From contig NC_135891.1 of NCBI RefSeq assembly GCF_964194155.1, positions 17,298,001 through 17,362,000 on the forward strand: a DNA stretch of 64,000 bases. Reading direction: 5' to 3'. The DNA comes from Cetorhinus maximus. Its lineage: Eukaryota. A program made the translations under genes and the position numbers. Shown piece by piece: positions 26,383-37,419 of this stretch. The notes beneath the pieces were generated by a model. The model saw only the letters and a list, made by a program, of their open reading frames with translations, was not told where the DNA came from and searched no databases. Numbering within the stretch: the first letter of the stretch is position 1; every line of letters starts with the position of its first letter.

Positions 26383-28032
26383 CTATATCTTCTTAACAGT
26401 CCTAACCCTGCCTCTATGCCTTGGTGCTCCCCGGACATCCACAGCGGTGGTGGAGGCTGCCTGCTGACTGCGACGCCCTGTCTGTGATGACCTTGGCGGG
26501 TGTCCTCCGGAGGCCCAAGACCTAGAGGGCCCTGGCCTGCTTTCGGGGTCCTGTGTGGCAGTGGCACCCTCCTCAGCCTGTGGAGCTGGAGCTGCTGAGG
26601 TCACAGGAAGACCAGATTCAGATGGGCCGGACATTCCCGGAGTCACCTGGGTGGATGGCCCCTGGGGGGACACCTGCTGATCCTCCTCCCTATGGGTGCC
26701 CAAGAGTTCCCAAGCTGACTCCTTGAGGAGAAGGGGTAGCTGGAGTGAGATTGAGCCACTCGGCACCCCTTTCGCATACACACTGTTGGACGCCAACTAT
26801 ACCATTGGCAATGGAATTGAGCCTGTGCAGCAGTGCAGGAGTGATGTCCTAGACCAAGGTCTCCATGGTGGCCGCCATCCTACCATTGTTGGCCTCGGTG
26901 CATCGGCATGCCGGTGCTATCACCTCAGCCTGAAGGCGGACGGACTTCTCCATCGTGCCTTGCAATCTGAGGAGTGCAGCGGACCTGATATTTCCAAACT
27001 TGCCTTTGCAGCTCTGACCGAGTCCAGAGCTTCGTCATTATCTGACTGGGATTCAGCAGTCCTCTGAGTGCCAGACACCCGGGAAGTCCCTGCCGCTGCC
27101 TGCTCTGGATCAGAATGTGTGATGTGCTCACCAGATTGTGATCCCAAGGCTATTCTAAAGTTAGGCCCCACCAAGATGTGTGTCTCTGCGCTGGTGGACA
27201 GTGTGGGAGAGCGCTGTGACAGGACTTCAAGGAGGGTGCCTTCAGATTCCTCTTCAGAGGTTTTTTTCAGGGCTTGATTGGAGGCCCTGAATCGTAGGCT
27301 CTACCAGCTGTTTCCCAGATGTGCCTGCGGAAGCAAGGGGAGATAATTAGTGCATGGCAGTGGACACATCACTCACGGCATGGTTGTCTGATGGATGTTG
27401 CACTGCTGGATCCTCACTTGGTAGAGCAGCGCCGAGCTCACCGTCAGCACAGGACAGGTCCAGATCCTCGCCAGTCAGCTGGATGGCTCTGTTTTCAAAG
27501 TCCGTGAGGACCTTGATTTCAGGCATTCCTCCACCGGTCTGCACCCTCTCCCTCTTGTTGTGTGCCAGCTTGTCCTGAGATGGGGAGAGTGGAAGCAGGA
27601 TGCCTGCCAGGCCAGATGATAAGTATGCCTGGCATGTGTGGGTAGTGAGTGGTCCCATGGATGGGATGAGGAATGAAGGTGTGCATGAGAGAGTGAATGA
27701 TGATGTCTCACTGACAATGAGTGAGATCCCTGTGAATGTGTGATGGGTTTGTGAGTGTGTGACTTGAGAGTGTGAGAAGAATGACTTACCCTGGCGGAAC
27801 GGAAGAGATCATTCATCCTCTTGCAGCACTGGGTGGCTGTCCTCTTTTGAAGGGCATTGGCACTGACCACCGCTGCTATCACTTCTCAAGCCTGGTTGGT
27901 CATACCGCTGCCTATCCTGCAGCCAGAGTGGGGGTAGAAGACATCATGGCGAGCCTCCACGGCATCCAAAAGGCATTCTAGTGACGTGTCACTAAATCTG
28001 GGGGCTGCAGTCTTTTTGCCTTTTGTGGACAT
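26383..28032 (-). pseudogene. Harbinger Myb/SANT-like DNA-binding protein gene, 3 exons (28032-27790, 27574-27418, 27324-26383), degraded
   Basis: MSTKGKKTAAPRFSDTSLECLLDAVE...RTATQCCKRMNDL|gtaagt; cag|DKLAHNKRERVQTGGG; C-terminus ...RVRTVKKI*. Frameshifts and stops present. Confidence 0.8.
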
Positions 28033-30095
28033 CTTCCCGGCAGCAGTTGTGGGCTGGAAGCACTGAGATGTGTGAACATGGCTGGACTTTAAATATGGCG
28101 CCCGGCATGATGAAGTGGTGGGGTGTTTCCTGGGAATGAATAAGTAATACGGCAGATTTGGGACGATATGGTGTGAAAACCCACCACCACGGCTGGTGGA
28201 TAAAATGTTGTTTTACCCGCCCACTACCGCACTTAGTGCAAATCTGGGACGATCCCACCCTAAATTCAGCATTTTGCGACCTGATTCACACCTCCATTGG
28301 GAGTCAAAAATCCAGCCCCAGATTTTCATTTAATTTGTCTCCGTGCTATGTGATCCATAGAAAGATGCCTTGCTTCTACAAGCATAATAGTGAAATGAAT
28401 TTGGGCTCTTGTGCAAGAGTTGAGGGGATTGAATGAAGCTTGATCAGAGTTATGCTTTTGAGAAGGCTTCAAGAGGTGGGGAGGTAGAGAAGAGGGGTTT
28501 GTCAGAGGATTTTTAATAGGTGAAGCTGAGACAACTGAAGGCTCTGCAATTGAAGGTGGAGTAGGGGAGTGCGCATAATGCACAACAGGGTCGGAAGACA
28601 TGGGAAGCAACATAAGACTGGAGAAAGTTATAGAAATGGTCTGGATACAGGCTGTGGGAAGATTTGTAAATGAAGATCCCCCATTATTGATCTGATTCAC
28701 TAAAGGATAGGGAACTGATGTAGGTTAATAAGAACAGTGTGATGGACAAATGGTGGTTAGTATGGGACAGATATTGAGCTCAAAAAGTTCATACATTTTA
28801 GTTCCAAATCCATTTCTGATTGGCCAGAAGAAAAATTGTCACAAATAAGTAAATGCAACAGTAGTCCAAAAGAGTTAAAATGATTATTTAACTGCTCAAA
28901 ACTATTGATTTATTAGAAGCAGCTTAATGGTTGAGCCCAAAAGGATCCCAATTTTGATTGAATGTGTAAACACTTAAACAGACATAATCTAATTTATCCT
29001 TTATAAATCAATGAAAAATATGCTAAAATGTCTATATACTTACATTTCTATTTCTAATAAACAAAATAGCTGCAAGCCCCTCTGATGGTTCATAGGGTGC
29101 AGTGTGACATTAAGCTAGCCAAATCAAATAAGACCTCAGGTTTGTAACGAGTTGGCTGTTCTCAGCAAGAGACATGGTAGGGATGCCACATGTGTCCTTT
29201 GTTGTTGATGGGTTAGGGAAGTGAAGGGGCAGAAAAAAAAACCAAGGTTCCTGCACCTTATTGCTATCCAGTCAACACTGCACACATGTGGACATTTAGT
29301 GGGAACATGAGAGGGTAGAGCTTTGATTCCCCTGTTAAACAATTTTAGGTTGCCCCCTATATAGGATAATGGAAAAATAGCTACTTGAGAGAAGTACCAG
29401 AGGGCTGCCAGTGAGAATGGAACTAAGGCTAAAATGAGCCATGGCCTTCAGAAGAGAAAATGACGTTGAGGATTTCTGGAGTGGGGGGTAGGGTGGGGGG
29501 AAGAGAAAATTCATTTCTGCAGTGGCGAGTTATGTTATAGATTCTTGTTCACATTGCTCCGCACCTGCACACTTAATATACAAATTTAGCCTGCTACCTT
29601 ATGGCCTTCAACTGCACATTAAAGTTCTGATGATTGAAGGCGGCTGATGAGCTAGTCGATTCTTTTTTAACTCATCCAAATGGGAATAGTGTTGCAGCAG
29701 GCTGCCAGTGCTTGTTATTCACTAGTTTTATTTTTTGGCAGTGCTCTGCACCTGCTGCTTTTGTAATGGAGCTAATGTGTGTTCTTGCCTTTTTGAAATT
29801 TAATGATTTTATTCCTTTTAATAGATGTTTCATTCAACATCAGTAAATCTTAAATGCAGCCAACCTTGGATTAGATAATACAGTTCAGTCATTTCAGTGT
29901 TTAGCATGGGCTTCACTATATTTTGACCATCGAAGAAAATATCGGAATTACTGATGTAATTTACTGACCCTATTAGAATGTATTACATTGGCTGTGAAGA
30001 GCTTGGGAAAAATTGCTATAAATTCAAGCTCTTTCTTGAGCACGAGACAAAATGATTTTTTTCAGCAGATTCGCTCATTTCAGATTATTTTTCAG

Positions 30096-30260
30096 TTCCC
30101 ATGATGCACCATCAAGCTGCAACCTCACATTACAGCACACCGCAAGGAGGTGGTCAGCATTACCAGGGGCATTCAACCATGGGGATGATGGGACAGAGTA
30201 ACCAAGGCAACAACATAATGGGGCAAAGGCCAATGGGGCCTTATAGGTCATCACAACAAG
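30096..30260 (+). CDS. SS18L1: SS18L1 exon 6 (QPGY region)
   Basis: tttcag|(V)PMMHHQAATSHYSTPQGGGQHYQG...GQRPMGPYRSSQQ|gtatga; 165 nt; phase 1-1. Confidence 0.92.
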
Positions 30261-31109
30261 GTATGATTTGAATTGTGTCACAATTTATGTATAGCTTGAC
30301 GTGGTATTTTTGACACATTTTTCCAGTACCCTACTTTTGTAATTTTTTTTCTTGACTCAATGGAGTAAGTTGCCATTCAGGAAATTCTGTTGCCTTCAGC
30401 AGGATATATTAATAAAGAAAATGCACTTTAGAAGCATACAGTAGGTAATACACATAAAAGGCAACTGTTCTTCTATCAATGATTTAAATATTAATTATTT
30501 TCGAGAAAAACATGTGAAGAACAAAAGTATAGAAAGTTATTTTAAGTAGTATCTTTAGAGTTCTTTGAGTTGATTTGTGGCATTGTCATGGGTAGATTGG
30601 GCACATGGGGTTCCAACGTTTAATTGCTTTACCTTGCTTGTTGTGTTTGAAGGCCAGTGCTCAGCTAATCCATGTAGGGAAGTAAAGTAAATAGATCTGA
30701 GGTTACCTGTTGCAAGTTTCTCTAATCACCAACTGTTTGATTCTCTCTATTCTCTCAACAATCTTTCTCCACTGTCGCTGGGTCAAAATCCTGGAACTCT
30801 CTCCCTAACAGCACTGAGTGTACTTACAACTGCAGCAGGTCAAGAAGGCAGCTCATCACCACCTTATCAAGGGCAATTAGGGATGGGCAATAAATGCTAG
30901 CCTAGCCACATCCCATAAATTAATTTTAAAAAATCATATTCAGGTTTATCTCTAAATTAGAAGAAATAAATATATTTCTTTTCTTAAGATTGTTAGGTTG
31001 TAATTTGTTAGTACATGTTACAGGCATGTGTCTTGACTGTGACATGCTCTTAAAAACATTTTTTTGCTGTGTTTAAGTTTCACTGTTGTTGGACTCAACT
31101 GTATGGATA

Positions 31110-32665
31110 TAGAAACATAGAAACTAGGAGCAGGAGTAGGCCATTCGGCCCTTCAAGCCTGCTCTGCCATTCATTATGATCATGGCTGATCATCCAACTC
31201 AATAGCCTGCTCCTGCTTTCTCCCCATACCCTTTGATCCCTTTCGCTCCAAGAGCTATATCTAACGTCTTCTTGAAAACATACGTTGTTTTGGTCTCAAC
31301 TACTTTCTGTGGTAACGAATTCCACAGGCTCACCACTCTCTGGGTGAAGAAATTTCTCCTCATCTCAGTCCTAAATGGTCTATCCCATATCCTCAACTCT
31401 GACCCCTGGTTCTAGACTCCCCCACATCCTTCCTGCATCTACCCTGTCTAGTCCCTTCATTCTTCTGAACTCCAGCAAATATAATCCTAATCGACTCAAT
31501 CTCTCCTCATGTCAGTCCCCCATCCCAGGAATCAGTGGGGTAAACCTTTGCTGCACTCCCTCCTTCCTCAGAAGTACATCCTTCCTCAGATAAGGAGACC
31601 AAAACTGCACACAATATTCCAGGTGTGTTCTCACCAAGGCCCTGTACAATTGCAGCAAGACATCCCTGTTCCTGTACTCGAATCCTCTGGCTATGAAGGC
31701 CAACATACCATTTGCTTTCTTTACTGCCTGCTGCACCTGCATGCTTACCTTCAGCGACTGGTGTACAAGGACACCCAGGTCTCGTTGCACATTCCTCTCT
31801 CTCAATTTATGGCCATTCAGATAATAATCTGCCTTCCTGTTTTTGCTACCAAAATGGATAACCTCACATTTATCCACTTTATACTGCATCTGCCATGCAT
31901 TTGCCCACTCACTCAGCTTGTCCAACTCACACTGAAGCATCTCTGCATCCTCTTCACAGCTCAACCTCCCACCCAGCTTTGTGTCATCTGCAAATTTGGA
32001 GATATTACATTTAATTCCCTCATCTAAATCATTAATATATATTGTGAATAACTGGGGTCCCAGCACCGATCCCTGCGGTACCCCACTAGTCACTGCCTAC
32101 CATTCAGAAAATACCCGTTTATTCCTATCCTTAGTTTCCTGTCTGCCAACCAGTTTTCTATCCATCTCAATACACTACCCCCAATCCCATGCGTTTTAAT
32201 TTTACACGCCAATCTCTTATGTGGGACTTTGTCGAAAGCCTTCTGAAAGTCCAAATAAACCATATCCACTGGCTCCCCCTCATCAACTCTACTAGTTACA
32301 TCCTCGAAAAATTCCAGTAGATTTGTCAAGCATGATTTCCCTTTCATAAATCCATGCTGACTCTGTCCGATTCTGCCACTGTTTTCCAAGTGCTCAGCTA
32401 TTAAATCTTTCATAATGGACTCTAGAATTTTCCCCACTACTGACGTCAGGCTGACTGGTCTATAATTCCCTGTTTTCTCTCTGCCTCCCTTTTTAAATAG
32501 TGGGGTTACATTAGCTACCGTCCAATCTGTAGGAACTGTTCCAGAGTCTATAGAATCTCAGAAGATGACCACCAATGCATCCACTATTTCTAGGGCCACT
32601 TCCTTAAGTACTCTGTGATGTAGATTATCAGGCCCTGGGGATTTATCGGCCTTCAATCCATCATC
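31110..32665 (-). mobile_element. CR1 LINE RT 3' portion, relatively young
   Basis: Minus ORFs with YLDFQKAFDKVPH, SGVPQGSVLGP, KFADDTKL, RRNFFTQRVV. Confidence 0.93.
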
Positions 32666-32828
32666 AATGGGTTCATTTTGGGGGAGGGGGAATGAAACTT
32701 GCAATTTCTTTATGTTGTAGTACAGTGTTTTATTTTACTGTAGATTTCCTTGTGTACCAGCTTTGCAAAGTATAGAATAAAAATTTTGATTTGTTGGTGG
32801 CTCACTGGATGCATGGACCAAAGATTTA

Positions 32829-34211
32829 GTCCCGAATTTTCGCAGGGTTTGAAGGGCTCTGCATCTGAGCCAAAATGGTGGCAGAACTCCAATTCCAGAA
32901 GTTCTGCCCCCAAACCCAGCACTCCCATTTTTGCACATCTGTGGTTCATGGAGGCAGCTGTACGTGTAAAAGTATAGCTGCTTTCAAAAAGACTCAATTT
33001 TCGTTAGTGACATTTCTAAAACATGATGTGCAGGCTTTAGATATTTGAGCTAAAGGTCTAAAGCTGCTGGAGTTATTTGGAGAGGTCCAGGTACCCATTT
33101 GAGAGTGGTCAAGTGCCCATTTGGGAGAAGTCAGGTGCCCTCTGGGATTGAATGTATGCAAAAAGTGGATAAACTCAGTGGAATTGTCAAGCTGTCAAGG
33201 CATTAACATCCCTAAGCTCTTTAAATTTTTGAACAAGGGCAGCCTACAGCTGAAAAAAATCAGTGCTTATAGTTTCACTAGCAGGCTATTGACATAAACT
33301 TGAGGGTTATCATTAATGGATTAGTGCTGCATGTCTCACTCCACAATCTATTATCACAGTGGGAGACTGTAAATTCACAGTTTGATTGAAAGCTTCAAGT
33401 GGCTATAAAGTCTTTACTTAGTACTTAAGTACTTACAAAAACAAACATTTCCTTCAAGTACTTAATCCTTTAGAAAAACAAATATTTGTATTCATAGCCC
33501 ACATCAACTACAGTTAATCTCTTTATAACCACTTGGAGCTGTCAATCAAACCCTGAAGCTACAGGCCTTCCACTGTGATAATGATAAGTTGTGGAAGCAG
33601 TCAAGCAGCACTAATCCTGTAATGAAAGCCCCCAAGCATATCTCTATAAACATATCTTGAAATTGCAAGCACTGATTTTTTTTACTAACCCAGAGTTACA
33701 GCAGGCTGTTTTCTTTCAAAATTTAAAAGGCATGAGGTTTTAATGACTTGACAGCTTGACAGTTCCTTAGAGCTATGCACTTTTTGCACACATTCATATC
33801 TAATCTGAACAATCCCAAAGGGGTACCTGACCTCTCCCAAGGAGTAGCTGACCTCTCTCAAAAGGTACATGACCTTTCCCACAGGTGTAAGTGACCTCTA
33901 CCAAAGGGTACCTGGCCTGGTCCAAAAGGATATCTTACTCCTCCAAAGAACTCTGCTGGGTTTAGATCTTTTCCTTAAATGCCCAAAGCATATGGGCCAT
34001 GTTTCAGAAACTTTGAAATGTGCAGCTGTCTCCATGGACCACGGGTGTATGAAATGCCTCCTGCTCCTGTTTCCCCCCTGTCCCCCCCCACCACCCTGTC
34101 ACCTGGCAAAAATGGTGGGAGCAGATTCGGGAGCGGAACTTCCAGATTCCGGGCTGCAGCACCGTTTTGGCTAAGATGTGAAGCTTTTCTGACGTTATGA
34201 AAATTCAGACA
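32829..34211. mobile_element. ~1.4-kb foldback/long-TIR non-autonomous DNA element
   Basis: Left arm ~32829-33410 is a diverged inverted copy of ~33520-34211; termini GTCCCGAATTTTC / GAAAATTCAGAC; flanks TTA/TAA. Confidence 0.75.
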
Positions 34212-34918
34212 TAAACCTCTGTTCATCACCTCTCCTGGAGGACAGATGAACTTACTTCATTCTTCTAATAGGTCCAGGCTGTAGCCACCACTGAGGTAAG
34301 CAAAGCAATTGTCCCAGTAAGTTCTTTTGATGCACCAAATATTTGAATCTTAATGCATTTCAGCATTTAGATAAACGTTATCAGTGAGACAAATTGCATT
34401 GAGCCTAGGACAGTGCACTGATGAGGCCCCAGCTGAACTCAAATAAATTAAAGGCAACATATGTGATAAGCTCTGACATAGGAATGTGACAATATAGATC
34501 TTATACAAACTTTGCTTTCATTTGTATTTCACTCAATTCTTTTCTTGAAACCTGTGCCCCAGGTTATCAGGGCTGTGAGTGTGAAATCTAACACTGTCAC
34601 AAACTGCCACGGACAACCCATTTGATATTCTTTTGCCGCTGCTTTGTCCATTACCACACTGGATATTGCTAACGTAACTATGTGCTGCACTGGCATCAAT
34701 ATCTTGATAACCCAACATTTAGTCAGTTCCCAATATTTGAAGAAATCTTTAAGTGTATTTTTCATTCTTCTAAGATAAGGATACTCCATTCACTTTAATA
34801 TGCACAAGTAATTTTTTTTGTGGCAAACAAAGCTGACTAAATTGTCAAAGTACGGAAAATAGCTTTAAAATTTGATGAAAAATTTACACTCTGATTGCGG
34901 TTCCTTCCCTCCTTATAG

Positions 34919-35020
34919 GTTCTTCTCAGCAATACATTGGACAGGAAGATTACTATGGTGAGCAATATGGACATGGCCAAGGACCCACAGATTCCATTAA
35001 TCAACAATATTACCCTGATG
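34919..35020 (+). CDS. SS18L1: SS18L1 exon 7
   Basis: ttatag|GSSQQYIGQEDYYGEQYGHGQGPTDSINQQYYPD|gtactt; 102 nt; phase 1-1. Confidence 0.92.
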
Positions 35021-35719
35021 GTACTTCATTTTTCCCTTAGATTGCCAGTCCATATTTGTAATGTGAAATATTTATCTAATTGGATAAGGGTATTTAGCTA
35101 ACAATAAATCTGTTCCTCTGCAATCTGCTAACTGGCTTATGTGGAAAATGTGTAGTCCTACAAGTCTGAGATTTTTATGTTTTGATGATTTTTCTCAACT
35201 TAGGTTACATTGTAATTGTGTGCTGTCAACATTGTGAAATAAAAAATGTTTTACTTTTAAGTTGTTTAAATTTTAAAGAAAACATTCTGCAACAGTAACA
35301 AATTTTCCCAGTGTTTTGTAAAGAATTTTTAAAATTAACTTTGCAGGTAGAACAAAATAGATTCCCTTTGTTTTCAAATTTATGTTATGTGTATTGTAGC
35401 CCTACAAGTCTTTTTTGCTGAATGGCAAAATTGCTACACCCTGTCCTCAAGCCCAGTTCTTTTCTAGAGACTGTCTCCCTGAAAGCTTTCGCTTCCTGCA
35501 TAAAACCTGCTAATAAATTAAAATTAAACTAGTTGCCTAGCACACTCAAAGTGCAGATAATAAGACCTCACAGAAATTACAGTGCATCCCTCTCAATGTT
35601 GACTGCATGATATCAAATGTGCAAATAAGACCATTTCTGGGATGGGTTCAGCATTGATGATATCTTAGATTTGACATGTGCAGTTATATCCAATGACTGC
35701 CAACATTCTTTCTTAAACA

Positions 35720-36415
35720 TAGGATGATACAGCAAAGAAGGGGGCTATTCAGCCCACTGTGCCTCTGCTAGCTCTTTGAAAGAGTTATCCAAATTGTCTT
35801 ACTCTCTTCATAACTTACTTTCTTACCTATTTTGTGTCATCAGCAAATTTAGCAACCCCACATTTGGTCCCTTCATCCAAGTCATTGATATAAATTGTGA
35901 AAAGTTGAGGCCTCAGCACTGATCACTGTGGCACTCCACTCGTCACACCTTGCCAACCCAAAAATGACCCATTTATGCCTACTCTGTTTCCTGATAGCTA
36001 ACCAATCCTCTATCCATGCTAATATGTTACCCCCTATACAATGAGCTCTTATTTTGAGTGGCATCTTCTGGAAATCCAAGTACAACACATCCACAAGTTC
36101 CCCTTTATCCACGTTGCTTGATCCTGTATGCCTCTTGAATAGCCATCTCAACTTGTTCTATGACCTTGAAAGATTTGTATACTTACACCCCCAGATTCCC
36201 ACACCTCCTTTAAAATGATAACATTTAGTTTAAATAACTAAACTGATTCACCTCACACTTCCATGCTAAATTTCATCTGCTATGTGACTTCCCATTTCAC
36301 CAGTTTGTCCATGTCCTCCTGAATATCCCCCTTTCTGTTTACTACATTCCCAGTTTCATGATATTGACAAGTTTTGAAATTCTTTCTGTCTGGGTCATTA
36401 ATATATATCAAAAAG
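35720..36415 (-). mobile_element. CR1 LINE fragments
   Basis: Minus ORF 35882-36151 (VDVLYLDFQK...GNILAWIEDWL). Confidence 0.8.
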
Positions 36416-36826
36416 AGTGGTGATCTGAATTTTATTTTCCCTAATTAAATATATAGTATGCCATGAGATTACTTGTTTCTGTTCAGAGAGGTTTTAAGTA
36501 CCTGTTGACTTAATTGATTGGGGGCTGGGTAGTCAGCAGTTTATCTGATTAGTGAGATCCCTCTTTCTGTGTAATTTCAAAACATCAGATAGTAAACTCT
36601 GTAATCAATGTTTGCATGCAAGGATAACATGATCAAAAAAGTCTTGAGACTACTTCAAGGTGATTTTTGGTAGTGTAATTCTATTTTGTCTTGAGCTGAT
36701 TTTAGAAGGATGATTTCGAAAGCTGCTTTGTTCAAAGGCTATTTAAAATGATTTTCATGAAATGTAGCACTGTTCAACAGTGTAAGATAATCCATTTCAC
36801 CTTTTTTTTTGCATTATGCACTCCAG

Positions 36827-36919
36827 GTCACAGTGAATATGCATATCAGCAATCATCATATGCAGAGCAAGGTTATGAGAGGTCGTTTGAGGAATCTTCA
36901 CAGCATTACTATGAAGGAG
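36827..36919 (+). CDS. SS18L1: SS18L1 exon 8
   Basis: ctccag|GHSEYAYQQSSYAEQGYERSFEESSQHYYEG|gtaatg; 93 nt; phase 1-1. Confidence 0.93.
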
Positions 36920-37419
36920 GTAATGTAAATTAATGTATGTAATTGTGCAGATGAAATGCAAAGGGTAAGCCACTGCTGTACCAATGTAAAGCCACAACTC
37001 TAATACTAGATTTAATATATCAAGATTATATTGTGGTTAGCAGACTCTTCTTCACGCTACCAGTTCTTACAAAGACTAATTGATTTAGTGCACCTTGGGG
37101 GATTGGATTTGAGACCTTCCTGATCTGTATGACCATGCTACACAGTGTACTTGAAAAGGAAAGTTTTGAAAAACCCTGTTGTGAGTGGAATAGAAGTAGG
37201 TCAGCAAAAAGCAACAGACAGGTAGTAAGGAGCGAGATACCGCTTTGCATTATTATTTTTCCCTCATGCCAAGGTTCCTGACATCCTGTCCTTTCAGATC
37301 ATTGTGACAAGGGGTTCACCACTGGGAGACATGAAAGATCAGAAGAGATATTGCTTTGTTTTGCTCACTGGCACCAGATTCACATTATTATTGAGTTAAA
37401 CGCTGTGATGGGATAATAG

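Larger units (their letters stand above)
23353..28260. mobile_element. Near-complete PIF/Harbinger DNA transposon (transposase plus Myb/SANT gene, convergent)
   Basis: Two diagnostic genes tail-to-tail. Imperfect TIRs GGTTGGGATT...GATCCCACCC followed by TAA. Ends tentative. Confidence 0.88.

Noticed and set aside
33820-33930. ~20-bp repeats resembling a CRISPR-like array
   Set aside because: Degenerate tandem units without unique spacers, inside a eukaryotic foldback element.
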